Numbered from the whole stretch's first letter, positions 29,188 to 42,949 are shown. The stretch is DNA of 63,077 nucleotides, filler included, from Octopus bimaculoides (GCF_001194135.2; 5 parts of 5 records of this genome joined end to end with filler, not necessarily neighbours in it); one strand, 5' to 3'. Translations and numbers: made by a program. The notes: generated from the sequence alone by a model not told the origin.

Positions 29188-30229
29188 TTATTAAGTAACG
29201 GAACGCAACGCACCCTGGCTTTTCTTAACAGTAAGTTATATATATATATAAAAAATTAAGATTCCATTGAATTAGGTGCTTAAATTGAGGTATCTTGCTT
29301 GGTTGGTGTAATACACACACCCAAACAATATTAATTGAATATTGAATATCAAGACTTTGTACAACGCAACCCAGCTAAGAGAAGATATCCGCTCTTGGTA
29401 ATTCAGGTAATTCAGATATGTACTTTTTATAAAGATACTTTCTATAGTATTTCCAAAGAGCTGATTCCAAGTTAGGTGAATAAAATATAAATGAGTTACT
29501 CATATTTTATTTACCTATATAACTATGCGTCCTGCCCAACTCTTCGAAACGCCGGTGTTAAAACGGGGGTAGCTGATGAAGGAAAATGTTCTCTATGTGG
29601 CGTGTGTGTTTTCTGTGCTCTGGTTATTATTATTTTCTTGTCTACGTTTTGTTTGCAATGTCCTGTACCCAGATATGCACCTATATATACAGGTAGACGT
29701 AGGTATGCACATGCCTGTACGTATATATATGCATAAATGAAATAAATATTTGTAAAAACCTTTGAGCAATGCAGGTTAGGCGTTCGCAATATATATATAT
29801 ATATGATTACATTAAATGAAAGCAAAGAAAAAATATATATTATACTACATAAGTTAACACTGCTATAATATATTAAAAAATCAGTAATACATCAATGCTT
29901 TTTGTCATAACACTCTCATATAGCCTGCAGATAATAACGATTTCCTAAATTGCTTATATCTTTCGCGTTCTTCTACGTGAGAAAGGGAATTTTCCCCACG
30001 AAATATTTATTACAAGGCCATTGAACAGCCTATGTAAGATATTACAATATATTTCTCTCTCTCTCCAGTTTTTAGTAACCCTCTCCATATTTTGCATAAA
30101 TTCTCATTTGCATTGCTCAAGCGTTTTTCTCCCCTCAAATATCTCATTTACAGACGTTATAATGCCTTAGGTTCTGACCGTTTTTAAACGAAATCTTTCA
30201 ACGCCTCCTTGAACACACCTGAAACGTAA

Positions 30230-30557
30230 CAGTTAAAACTTTGGTGTTGCTTCTTTGTACCTGACTAAAAATAGATTTATCTTTCATTCCGGTTACCTTT
30301 TATTGACATTTGAAATGGATAATCAAAAAAGTTTCATATTCGCGTTGTAATGCTTTTCTTTTTTTTTTCAAAAGGAGAAAATGCTGCAAAGATTTACAAA
30401 AACATTTGTGAAGTTTTTGGTGATGATGCTGTAGGTGATTCATCTGTTCGAAGGTGGTTTGCAAAATTTGAAGCTGGTGAGTTTAGTTTGGAAGATGACA
30501 GTCGCAGTGGAAAACCTTCAGAATTGGATGAAGAGGTTTTGAAGGCAAAAATCGAAG
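30230..30557 (+). mobile_element. Mariner transposase N-terminal HTH fragment
   Basis: KGENAAKIYKNICEVFGDDAVGDSSVRRWFAKFEAGEFSLEDDSRSGKPSELD. Confidence 0.9.
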
Positions 30558-30648
30558 ACCGATAAAATAAGTACTAGGCTTGTAAAGAATAAATCCTGGG
30601 GTCGATTTGTTCGACTAAAGGCGGTGCTCCAGCATGGCCGCAGTCAAA
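30555..30648 (+). mobile_element. SINE family B 3' portion truncating the mariner fragment
   Basis: gaccgataaaataagtactaggc...gctccagcatggccgcagtcaaa, then a gap. Confidence 0.85.
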
Positions 30649-31071
30649 NNNNNNNNNNNNNNNNNNNNNNNNNNNNNNNNNNNNNNNNNNNNNNNNNNNN
30701 NNNNNNNNNNNNNNNNNNNNNNNNNNNNNNNNNNNNNNNNNNNNNNNNNNNNNNNNNNNNNNNNNNNNNNNNNNNNNNNNNNNNNNNNNNNNNNNNNNNN
30801 NNNNNNNNNNNNNNNNNNNNNNNNNNNNNNNNNNNNNNNNNNNNNNNNNNNNNNNNNNNNNNNNNNNNNNNNNNNNNNNNNNNNNNNNNNNNNNNNNNNN
30901 NNNNNNNNNNNNNNNNNNNNNNNNNNNNNNNNNNNNNNNNNNNNNNNNNNNNNNNNNNNNNNNNNNNNNNNNNNNNNNNNNNNNNNNNNNNNNNNNNNNN
31001 NNNNNNNNNNNNNNNNNNNNNNNNNNGTCATGAGTGCGACACCTTAATCAGGGAGTTATGTACCCCCACAT

Positions 31072-31112
<41 letters not shown>

Positions 31113-31400
31113 CAGAGAGAGTGTATGTGTGAGTGAGAGAAAGTGGTGTGTGTTCATATTGTGTGTGTATTTATGTATATATCTGTAAATGTACTAATAT
31201 ATCCATCTGCGTGTGTGTGTATATATGTATATTTATATAGCTGTGTGTGTCTGTGAATACATATTCTGACGATCGGAAACATGAAACTCGATGTTACGAT
31301 CGATGAAATTTTTAGCTTCTCATAAATATAAAACTCTACATCTCGTATTGTGTATTCTTATATTTCTTTCTCGTTGGCGCAGTTTTTTGTACTAAAGCGT

Positions 31401-31478
<78 letters not shown>

Positions 31479-34400
31479 ACGCACACACATATGCACACAC
31501 ACACACACACACTGTTAATTAAGATTACCTGCGGCGTTCGTTGGTGAACAGTATGTCTACAGTTACCACTCTAAATTGTGTACCTCACTAATGGAATTTC
31601 TGTCGTGTTTCTCTTGATTCGACATCTTTGTTTTAGTTTCAGCTGTAATGAATGGTATTTTGTTGTTGTTATTTAACCCCCGGCTAGCAATGATGGAGCT
31701 GACCTGTGATCAAACGTTTTCCATCGAAGACCATTCTCTGTCTTTTATTCAAATTCTGTATCTAAAGCTACATTTTTCAATATGTTTCAAAAATAGAGTA
31801 GCTTATAATTTTAACTGCTATATCTAGCAAGGCGAGTGGTTATATAGGGGATGGATCGTGTTGATATATGAGAAATATATGATCGAATTGGCTTTAAAGA
31901 GACTTGTGTTGGTCGGCATCGGCAAGATTGGTATTCTTTAACTAATTCGATAAGAAGAGTACAATGAGCAGCTTAGAGGATCTAAAGCTCCGCTGTCTCT
32001 CATTAATTTCTTTCCGGTCAACTTTTCCCTGAAGAATGACTCTGTCCGAAACGTTCTATTTCCTACTCCAAACGGCAAGTTCACTGAACCCTTTATCGAT
32101 TTTACTACATACAAGTAATGATGTGTATGAAGAGCCGCAGAGAGACAAAACCCCCGTATTTTCGATAATTTTTTTTCCCTTATCATCTTCCATTATTTTA
32201 TTTCATTTATTTATTTATTTATTTATTCAACATTGGGTTTCATGGTAATATTCCGGAAGAATTATTTCATTACATCGCCAATACATAAGGGATCGATCAA
32301 ACTGATAAAATTTAAGCTTTAGATCTCTTGCTCAAAGGAATCGAACGAATCAATAAAGTAATGATGCGCTTGCGATAGAGCAAAAGTTATTAAATTTTAC
32401 TTTTGTCTGTTGTTTTTCCATTTCATTATTGTTTGCTGGGGCGGTGGTGGCAGCGGTGGTGGTGGTGGTGGAGTAAAGGGAAGGACACTAATAAAGATTA
32501 GAATGGAGTAAAAGAAAAGAACCTATCAAGTTATCAATTTGTCCCTAACGTCATTTTAAAATATTAAATTGGTTTGTGATTTGGATAGCACTATAAGTCA
32601 GAGACGAACAGACAGACAAATGGAAAGAAACAATAGCAGAAGAGTGCACTCTATGATACTTTGAGTGCTGTGTACTGTTACGGTTCTAGCTTGTGTCCAG
32701 TCGGAGTGTGTCCACCCTTCCACTCCCCTTAAATTTTTTACTGAGGAGATAAGATTCGCTGATGTTTAATCGGAATCTTTAAAAATTTTGTTCAGCTACC
32801 GGAATTTTTTCAAATTTTCGCCAGATTTTTGTCAAAGTTTCTTTACTTACGTAGTTTTGGATGCTAAGAACGAAAGTTCCACTCATGTTTTTGTTTTGAA
32901 TTAATAGCAGAAAAGTTACAAATTTTCAAAGTTGTGTAATTTTAGTCAATCAGAAGCTTCCATTGCTGACATACCGGAAGTAGCTGATGTCTGTCGCCGT
33001 GGGAACAGCATACAAACATGGCTGAAACAAATGAAGACGAAACCATTACTTGGTCTCTCCACCTATTAGAAAAAAACAGCCAGATGTTCCTTGAACCGCC
33101 GTAACTACGCTTAAAAAGCAAGAAAAAAAAAGAACAACACATTGTGCCGCAGCACCGTTTATTTCGTTGCTTGAGGCAGTCGCAAGTGCTCTCTGCTAAA
33201 TTAAAGCCAGTTTCCACAGATGTAATCTTTTATCGAACTTACGATTCTTGAAACACTAGATACCAAGAAGTTCAATGTTGATAGCTACAAACACCAAAAA
33301 TATCCTCTTCCTCCTCGCCCTCGCACTCCTCCTCCTCCTTCTCATCTTAATAAAAACAAATTCCTCAACTTTGGTATTCATTCATTCATAACGAGGAGAA
33401 GAGTTTTTTGCGTTAATAACAAGCTGATTCGGTATCGGTTTCTCCTAAGCTCTCGAACGCATTGGCCAGAAAGTTCATGACACTGGTTTCTGTTGCAGTT
33501 CTCTCCAAATCCGGCCTCTCTCATGTCAGTTATGCAGATTTTGTTCTTCTGTTTCTTTTTCATTCCGTTGGTGTTCATTTCATAACTGTTTTAGAATGGC
33601 GTCGTTCAGGTTGTCGGAGTAAATGACTTGCTCGTGTTAGTCTTCATTCTACGATGATGTCGCTTGGAGGTCTTGAGTTGGCTGTTTTCAGAATGTCTTC
33701 ATTTGTTATATGGTCTTGCTAGTTACATTCTCAAGCTTCTTTGGTGGAACACACTGATCGGCACCTGTACTAACCAGACTTTATTATAGTGAAGTTCTCG
33801 CCCCTTGTTTTCTCTTAATAAAAGGAAAACAAAAATGTAGAAAACCCCACCCCAACAAACAAAGCAAAAACGAGAGTAAAAGTGTGTGCGGGATATTTTA
33901 TTATACAATTTTATATAACGAGTTAATTCATTTGTTGTACTTCATATTTCGATCACATTTATTTACTGAATATAATTTTGTTAATGTAAGGTAATATGGC
34001 GATCACCCAAATTCTATTTAATATTTATTTGTGCTTGAATTTTGATATGAATTTTGCTGCAAGTTCAATAATTATATCTGTTTATCAGTCATTAGTAAAA
34101 CTCGAGGACGTTTGAGGTTTACAGAGATTGATGTGCATCGAGACTGTGTTCCGAGTATCATAAAAGGCAAACTGATGATTTTTATTATAAAATGTAAATT
34201 TATGGATACTTCCCTTCTTCCTTTGATTCAGTAATAGAAATAATATTTGTAGAAAATTTGACATAGATAGAAATAGAAGGTCATTAGTAGTATCACAGCC
34301 TGAACGTTCATTCTTGAAAAATATGTTAATATTTTATTGCTATTAAGGCTGTAATCTCGACTCAAAGGTTTCACAGTTGATTTAGTCAAAATAAATTTTC

Positions 34401-34972
34401 TGCACAGAAAATAATCATTCTGAAACATTATTTAGCAGCGTTCATTCCTTCATAGATAATTGTATTTGAATCAACTTAAATCATCATGAATGATCTGCAT
34501 AAAATACTGCGTTGGTTTTACTAGTTTTACATTCAATGTTTTGAAGTATGACTGTTGATCTAAAATCATATTTAACCTGTTGTATTCGGGATCTCCGGAA
34601 TATGGTTCCAGTGCATTTATAGAATATATTTCTTGGGAATAACCTAGAGAGAAATATTAAACGCTGGTTTTAGTTTATATCTTTTCATCAATGAAACAAG
34701 TGTGGCGTGTGCGCATGTGTACTATATCGTTTATTTCTTGTGATTGAGTTAGTTTTTGCTCGAAATGAAGAGTAGATAAAACAGCCGCCAGCTGATGAAG
34801 GGTCGTTCTTTATGTTACTTGTCTTGTTTTCCATTTGTTTCTTTCGTTGTTTGGAAAAAAGTTCGTATTCCATGTTTTTGTATTTTGTATTTCATGTTGT
34901 TTACGTTTTATGACGTCCTGTACCCATATATGCATATGTATATTCATATATATGTAAGTATGTACATATATG

Positions 34973-35031
<59 letters not shown>

Positions 35032-36614
35032 ATGTGTGTAAAAATATATATATATACATACATACATGAATTAGTTGATTTTGAAAACGTCGTAAGTGAT
35101 GAACGCTTGATTGAAATTGCAGCGACTAGGATGCATAATTGCATACAAAGCAATGTGCAGTTGCTGCAGTAGAAACATATGTTGGTCCGGGTTATATATG
35201 CTGTAGAAAACTTTTTAATAAAAAAAGTTTTCGATGTGAATAAACCTCCATTCTCCTCTTGGTTTTGAATTATAAATATATATATATAATAATGGCTGTC
35301 CACTCGTGCACTGACCATTAAGAACATTGATCACCCAGACAAAATTATATTTTACATTTGTTACTAATGAGCCCAGCAGCTCTTGATGGGCATACCCGTT
35401 CGCAGAATACTGCAGACGAAACTTGCCCCGTTCACTAAACGTAAGCCGCTTGCTTAAGTGCAGCATGTGGAACGCATGTCTCTTCACAAATACCCACTTC
35501 ATCAATAATGCACACTCACACTCACACACACGCACAAATGAGGCAAACGAGTGCACACTTAACTAGAAAAGGTAAAGGTAACAAAGGAAATGTGTGACCG
35601 TCGAAGCTTTGCTGTTGTGGGCCGCGAGTTTGGTGTGAATGAATTTACCAAAGTGCATGGAGATGATTCATTTATCAATGTGTTATTTTGAATAATCTCC
35701 GTTATACCGTGGATAGATGTGTATGAATAAGTTAATCAGAGATGTCGAGAGTGAGTGTAATAGCTCGATAAATATAGCATCAATGAAAGTATAATTGGGT
35801 AACATAGAATTCCTCTTACCAACTGACCTCGTACTCCAAACACCGACAGCTATATTTCCCTCTCTCACTATTACTCAATTACTCTTACTTGTATTCCCAA
35901 CTTACTCCTTCATATATCTCTATAAATAAGTTAATGCCACTGTCTATATATCTTATTTTATTTTACACACGTTTGCATGTTATTCGAAACTCAATTAACT
36001 GTCATCAATTTGACGGATGTTATGCTAGTATTCTCTAATATTCTGACAAATATCTAAATAACTTGTATAAATAATTTCTAAGAAAACCATTACAGTCTGA
36101 GGAAAATAGCAGTGGTTTGTGTCAGCAAAACATGTTCAATTAAGTTCTGATCTCAGGACATACACTTCCTATTTTGTGAACTTTACTCGACAGAAATTAA
36201 ATAGATTGCATTTCATAAATGAACAAGATTAAGTTTCATAAAGTTCTATTCATCAGACTGCGTACATATTGATCGTATCTCAAATTTTCTGAGATCACGA
36301 CATTCAATATTTTTCTCTAATCACTTGGTAGTGTTGAAAGGGAATGGCTGGAAACTGGAGCTAAATACTGACAATTAAGAATTTGTGGAAGAGACTGGAG
36401 ACATTTACAGATTTACATTTAAATTATGCGTGAATGCTTTCATTTTTGCAACATAAAATATTGTTGAACTGTGGCCAATTGGAAAGCCTCTGCGTAGTTA
36501 TATGGCTTGATAGAAATAGAAGCCAAATCTCCTTCAAATTAAACCCACGCCGAAAACTTACATATTTATTGTAAGTTTATACGGCTCCAGTTGTTTGATT
36601 TCTTGTACATTTGC

Positions 36615-36647
<33 letters not shown>

Positions 36648-36747
36648 NNNNNNNNNNNNNNNNNNNNNNNNNNNNNNNNNNNNNNNNNNNNTTAATTAAT
36701 TAANNNNNNNNNNNNNNNNNNNNNNNNNNNNNNNNNNNNNNNNNNNN

Positions 36748-36798
<51 letters not shown>

Positions 36799-37032
36799 CA
36801 CATACACACACACATACATACATACATACATATTACATATTCGCAGCAGACGATTCCTTTGAAACTACCCAAGGTTTTCACATTTCTCTCGTCATTGCGA
36901 CTAGTCAGAAGTAAATTCTGGAATTCTGCTCAGTATAAAGAGTCCTTCTAAACTTACGCACGCACACACTCACACACACACACATATAGATAGATAGATA
37001 GATAGATAGATAGATNNNNNNNNNNCACACAT

Positions 37033-37093
<61 letters not shown>

Positions 37094-37794
37094 CAGATAG
37101 ATATGACATTGGTTCTGAGAAACGAAGAATTCCGACTTCGGATTTCTTTTCGGTTGACGTAATAATACTGGTGAGGTTCTGTTCACATCAAAACAGAAGA
37201 GAAATATGTTGTACACGCTTCTTTAAAAAAAAAAAAAAATAATAATTTTTCTACTCACTGTTTGGCCGAATGTTTGCAGTGTTGTTGAATTCAGCTGCTG
37301 CCGCAGAATACTAAATCTGATATATCAATCGTTACTTTATGCATTTGGTGACGTATGTACACTCACCGTGGAGGGGCTCTGTTAACATTATCAACACATG
37401 AATTAGCGCAAAAACACACGCATCTAAATGTACGTTAAATCAAGCACCTACTCACATATGCGAAAAATAGAGGAGCGATAGTGAGAGAGCGAGCGAAATT
37501 TGAGAGCTATAATGTGAGATGGGGAGGAAATAGGCTATACGAAAATATAAACAGAAAGCGCTTTTACTGGCCTGAAAGCGGTTGGGAGTGTATTACACAG
37601 GTTATGTAAGAGTATAGAAAGTTTAATTGAAGTGTTTATAAAAAACAATGATTTTACAATAGCATTTATTGGCCGGGATAACATTAATTTGTTATAACTT
37701 CATGGAAATGTTAGCTAAAATGGATGAAAGTCTGTCCCGCGTTTAAGTATAATTTTGTTGTTTTTTATTACTTTTTTTTTATTTTGCAGATGAA

Positions 37795-37826
<32 letters not shown>

Positions 37827-37838
37827 ACAATAATAATG

Positions 37839-37880
<42 letters not shown>

Positions 37881-37883
<3 letters not shown>

Positions 37884-38370
37884 CAAAAACTGAGGCAGAA
37901 CTGGACAGCCTAGTCCAGTCTGTGCGGATTTTCTCCAGTGATATTAAGATGGAGTTTGGACTTTCAAAATGTGTTACGATGATTATGAAACGAGGAAAGC
38001 TGGTGAAATAATGAAGGTAATTCAACCTCAATCCAGTTATGAATACCTGAGAATACTTTGGGCAGATGGAATCAAACACAATGAAATGAAGAAAGAGACA
38101 AAAAGAGAGTACCTGCGGCGAGTAAGTAAAATATTTCTTCAAAGCTAAATGCCAGAAATATAATGTTGGCAATAAACTCGCGCGCAGTCGCAGTAGTTTG
38201 GTATGGCGCTGGAATCTTGAAGTGGACAGAGGAGGAACTAAAGGAGATGGACAGGAAGTCAAAAGAGCTTCTAATGATGCGTGGAACCCATCATCCACGT
38301 GCGGACACTGATCGGCTATACATGAAGAGAGTAAATTGAGAAAGAAGACTGATAAATGGGTGAGACTGCG
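37881..38370 (+). mobile_element. R4/Dong-like LINE fragment (RT end and thumb)
   Basis: TKTEAELDSLVQSVRIFSSDIKMEFGLSKC...DRKSKELL...HPRADTDRLYMKR; begins directly after (AAT)n. Confidence 0.85.
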
Positions 38371-38384
38371 GTTTCCATGGCGTA

Positions 38385-38543
38385 TATAAATCCAGTCCGT
38401 TGTAGGATTACTCGTTTCTGCCTACTCTGTGGACTGGAGCAATGTGAAATGAAGAACATAACGGATTGCTCGATCCTGGAATTGAAACTACAATCTGTCG
38501 ATCATGAGTCTAACACCTTAACCACAAAGCCACGCGCCTCTAC
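38385..38543 (-). mobile_element. tRNA-derived SINE family C, degenerate
   Basis: rc gtagaggcgcgtggctttgtggttaagg...ttgctccagtccac. Confidence 0.65.
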
Positions 38544-38895
38544 TCTTCATGATAAAGGAAGCAGACAAATACATAAGAAAAACAAAGCAAATTGAAAGAA
38601 AAAAAAAGAACAAGATGATTGAGATTAATATTTTATAGAATAAATATTTTATAGAATATAAAACATAGTTTTGATCAGATCTTTTTTTCTTTTCTTTTTA
38701 TTTTCCTCTCAACATCATCCATTGTTGTATTCTTGCATGCATATAGCGTCCCAAATTTCGTTCGAAGTTGGAAATTCAATATTTAAGCAAAGCGCAATTC
38801 CGTTCATTTTTTTATCATAATTTATTTCTTGATCATAAGGCCCCTTCCATAATGTTACGGAACATTAATAACTATAAATAACATTATATGATGTA

Positions 38896-39085
38896 TAACG
38901 CCGGACAAAATTCTTAGTGACATTTCCTCCGACTTTACGTTCTGAGTTTAAACTCCGACAAGGATGGCTTTGCCCTTCATCCCTTCGGGATCGATCAAAT
39001 AAGTACCAATTTAACACTGGGATCGATGTAATCGACTTAACCTCTCCCCGAAATTGGCGGCCATTGTGCCAAAATTTGACACCAA
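38896..39085 (+). mobile_element. SINE family A, degenerate
   Basis: ttctgagtttaaactcc...gatgtaatcgactt...ccattgtgccaaaatttga. Confidence 0.8.
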
Positions 39086-39883
39086 TGTTATGTATAACGG
39101 CTGTTTACTTATGTCCGAAGAAGATATTTACATACTAACGTTAACAAAACCAGCCCAAAAATTTTAGCTTCAATTAGGCTTACGCAACACCTCAAACACT
39201 TTTCTATTTTATTGTCAGGATCCACAGACAATCCGAAGAAAATGCTTGGTATCAATAAATATCTGTGACCCCATGCTGTGGAAGTCTCCCAATATTCTTC
39301 TGGCGCTGAAAATTCCTGGTGCTAAACGATTCTCTGCACAGTGTGCATTATTATCAGAGCAATCCTCTACAAGAATCATGCTATAGCAAAAGCCAAGTTA
39401 TGCCTCATTTTGCAATTGGCTTCAAACACGCCGGATACCAGCCCGAAATTTCTAAATCACTACGTTATGGTTAAATAACCATAGACCCTTCGCTGGTTTC
39501 ACTTTCTCATTTTGACAGCTTTTTTTTGTGTTTTTTTTTTGCTCTCCTAGGTTTCAAGCAAACCTCATCAACAGTTTAAGCGAGTAGAACAGCCTGTTTT
39601 ACCGCTGAAGACGACTAAGTACTGCTACATGCACTGTATTATATGTAATATGTTTTAAGCCTTTATTCTGTTTATTGTTTTGTTCCTCGTCCGTCCACTA
39701 ACGGTCTCGTTTCGTAATGTTTTGGTCCCATTCCCAGAAAAATTTTTGCCGCTGCCTCCAGAGTAGCAGCAATCTTATCGATATTGGCTGAAATTGCGTT
39801 CGACCTTTCTGACCGCTAACTGATGAGGTGTTCGTGAGCTTCTGTGCTCTCTGTTCGCCTGTATATTTAGTATAGTTCGTTTG

Positions 39884-39889
39884 TTTATT
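39884..39889 (-). promoter_or_regulatory. Candidate poly(A) signal of the SLC17 gene
   Basis: AATAAA on the minus strand ~145 nt past the stop codon; the region is AT-rich, so this may be chance. Confidence 0.3.
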
Positions 39890-40032
39890 TACTACACGTT
39901 TTGAAAAATTATATATATATATATAATTTATATATATTTAATTTTTTACCTATATATATAGAGTAGAATATTATGTCTGATAAAATTCAGAAAGAAAAAA
40001 GTTACATAAAGTGGAATACATGGAAATAACTT

Positions 40033-41457
40033 TTATGCATACTGCTTTAGATTTTGTGATTCTTCCTCATTCGAAGAACGATTACTTGGTATTTCTTGAG
40101 ATTTAGCCCATTCCTGTACATCTCCACTCGCCAATATCGCAAACATTATCGTTCCAGATACAGAAAGTGCCGCACACAAAGCTAAGACAATTTGCCATTC
40201 TTCTTGTGTCCCATCAGGTGTAAGAGCTTTGGATGATATTGGAGCCAAGAATCCGGGCAATGAACCAAAAGTGTTGGTAATGCCGATCAATACACCAGCG
40301 TATCTAGGAGCAATGTCCACGTGATTGACATTGAAGCCGCCAATGTAAAATGCTAAGCAGATACCCGTGAAGAGGAAAAGAATGCCGGCCAGAGTTATTT
40401 GGTCACAGTCAAGGAATCCTATAGCAATCAGCAGTGACGCTGAGCCAAGGAAACAAATACTCTGAAAGAGAACTCGTACAGAGCGCGTTGAAAGATAATT
40501 CTTTGAACGCAAAATATCTGCAAACCTTCCACAGAATTGCACAGCCGCGAACTGTCCAATGAACGGAGCAGAAGACATTAAACCATTTGATTTCGCATCG
40601 ATATTTAATGCTTCTTTCATATATAAAGGCAGAAGCAGCTGGAAAGAAATAATCGTCCAATTGTAAAATGTGTGAGCAATTATAAGAGCCCAAACGGCGG
40701 GAGTAGTCATAATTCTCTTCCATGGCACGCTCTTAACTTGGCCTTTGTGTATTATAGTTTTGTTTAAATAAGAACGTTCTTCTTCGCTGATAGTTGGATG
40801 GACATCTGGAGTATCAGAAACAACATAAAACCACACACAACTAAACACTAACGATATTCCACCAAATATATAGAATATAGAACCCCATCCATTGTCAAAG
40901 CCATAAACGCAAAGGAAACCAGAAATTGACAAACCCACAATACTACCGATTAATAAACCAGAGAAAGAGACTGCAACCAACACACTATTTTCTAATGGCG
41001 GAGCCCACCGTCCCCACAGGGATAAGACAGCAGGACACATGGGCCCTGAGACCAGACCTGTAAGTATCCTCAATACAAGAGTAAAATAACCACTAATTCG
41101 TGTTAGACTTGGGTGGAGAACGGTCAGGACAGAAGCTGAGAATATGGAAGCCCCCATAACTTTCTTTCCACCATATTTGTCAGCTAATACACCGCCAAGA
41201 AGGTTAGTCACAATGTAGCCATAATAGTATCCAGCCAACATGTTTGATTGTAGAGTATTGCTCCATTCGAACTCTCCTTCAAAATTTTCTCCATTTGATG
41301 TACGATTGTCTAAACGAGAACAGTGTTCGTTATCTAGAGTACGGTCGACTTCATCAATTGTACGATTGGGTGTTTTCAACATACAAACTAACGACATACT
41401 CAGGTCTACACGTAAAGTCTGCATGAGAAGCAAGGTGAAAAAGCTAACATAGCATAG
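40033..41457 (-). CDS. SLC17A5-like: SLC17 sialin-like MFS anion transporter; single coding exon as visible; 5' end in gap
   Basis: Uninterrupted ORF, open for 8 more codons (LCYVSFFT) up to the gap; motifs LRVDLSMSL, YYYGYIVTNLLGG, WAPPLE, VPWKRI..PAVWALII, NHVDIAPRYAGVLIGITNT; NRT sequons in loop 1. Confidence 0.95.
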   Translation of the reverse strand, partial: LCYVSFFTLLLMQTLRVDLSMSLVCMLKTPNRTIDEVDRTLDNEHCSRLDNRTSNGENFEGEFEWSNTLQSNMLAGYYYGYIVTNLLGGVLADKYGGKKVMGASIFSASVLTVLHPSLTRISGYFTLVLRILTGLVSGPMCPAVLSLWGRWAPPLENSVLVAVSFSGLLIGSIVGLSISGFLCVYGFDNGWGSIFYIFGGISLVFSCVWFYVVSDTPDVHPTISEEERSYLNKTIIHKGQVKSVPWKRIMTTPAVWALIIAHTFYNWTIISFQLLLPLYMKEALNIDAKSNGLMSSAPFIGQFAAVQFCGRFADILRSKNYLSTRSVRVLFQSICFLGSASLLIAIGFLDCDQITLAGILFLFTGICLAFYIGGFNVNHVDIAPRYAGVLIGITNTFGSLPGFLAPISSKALTPDGTQEEWQIVLALCAALSVSGTIMFAILASGDVQEWAKSQEIPSNRSSNEEESQNLKQYA

Positions 41458-41557
41458 NNNNNNNNNNNNNNNNNNNNNNNNNNNNNNNNNNNNNNNNNNN
41501 NTTAATTAATTAANNNNNNNNNNNNNNNNNNNNNNNNNNNNNNNNNNNNNNNNNNNN

Positions 41558-41609
<52 letters not shown>

Positions 41610-42949
41610 CACTTTTCCTTCGGTTTAGTCTATATTTTCATGCTTGCGTTTTCAAATACAAGCCCTTATTTCCATTTCCAAGCAAAGGATAACATATATT
41701 GCACTGTTTTCATCGATGTACGAAAAATGTAAACAAACGTATGCTCGCGCACACACTTTCACACACGTATACACGCATACAAGCACACACACACGCACGC
41801 ACACATACACACACATATATATATATATATACTCATACATATTGATGCACCTGTGCATGTGCATAAACACCTATATATTGATACATCTATATATTGATAG
41901 ACCTATATATTGATACACCTAACATGTACATAAACACCTATATATATATATATNNNNNNNNNNNNNNNNNNNNNNNNNNNNNNNNNNNNNNNNNNNNNNN
42001 NNNNNNNNNNNNNNNNNNNNNNNNNNNNNNNNNNNNNNNNNNNNNNNNNNNNNNNNNNNNNNNNNNNNNNNNNNNNNNNNNNNNNNNNNNNNNNNNNNNN
42101 NNNNNNNNNNNNNNNNNNNNNNNNNNNNNNNNNNNNNNNNNNNNNNNNNNNNNNNNNNNNNNNNNNNNNNNNNNNNNNNNNNNNNNNNNNNNNNNNNNNN
42201 NNNNNNNNNNNNNNNNNNNNNNNNNNNNNNNNNNNNNNNNNNNNNNNNNNNNNNNNNNNNNNNNNNNNNNNNNNNNNNNNNNNNNNNNNNNNNNNNNNNN
42301 NNNNNNNNNNNNNNNNNNNNNNNNNNNNNNNNNNNNNNNNNNNNNNNNNNNNNNNNNNNNNNNNNNNNNNNNNNNNNNNNNNNNNNNNNNNNNNNNNNNN
42401 NNNNNNNNNNNNNNNNNNNNNNNNNNNNNNNNNNNNNNNNNNNNNNNNNNNNNNNNNNNNNNNNNNNNNNNNNNNNNNNNNNNNNNNNNNNNNNNNNNNN
42501 NNNNNNNNNNNNNNNNNNNNNNNNNNNNNNNNNNNNNNNNNNNNNNNNNNNNNNNNNNNNNNNNNNNNNNNNNNNNNNNNNNNNNNNNNNNNNNNNNNNN
42601 NNNNNNNNNNNNNNNNNNNNNNNNNNNNNNNNNNNNNNNNNNNNNNNNNNNNNNNNNNNNNNNNNNNNNNNNNNNNNNNNNNNNNNNNNNNNNNNNNNNN
42701 NNNNNNNNNNNNNNNNNNNNNNNTATTATCTGTATCCCCTGTTTATACATGTTCGTTTAATTTGTTTTTATTTATTTGTTCATGTGTTTATACCTACTAT
42801 TTTTGTATTTAATTTAATTTTGTTAACGTATGTAGTTATTTAATTCCATTTGTTTATCTGTGTATTGTATTATATTTTTTTCATATTGTTATCAGTTTAT
42901 GGGGATTTTATTGTCATATGTTGTGGTTTGTTGGGGGTGTGTGCTAGTG

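Noticed and set aside
29540-29585. gaaac...ctgatga hammerhead halves in permuted order; a similar repeat lies at 34758-34803
   Set aside because: Stem II could pair, but stem I does not form in either copy; at most a decayed repeat motif
32690-33300. Possible DNA-transposon subterminal region
   Set aside because: No TIR pair or target duplication could be defined
36160-36260. Minus-strand ctgatga..gaaac match
   Set aside because: Stem I cannot pair; likely chance in AT-rich DNA
39818-39865. ctgatgag followed by a stem-like region
   Set aside because: No GAAA core half
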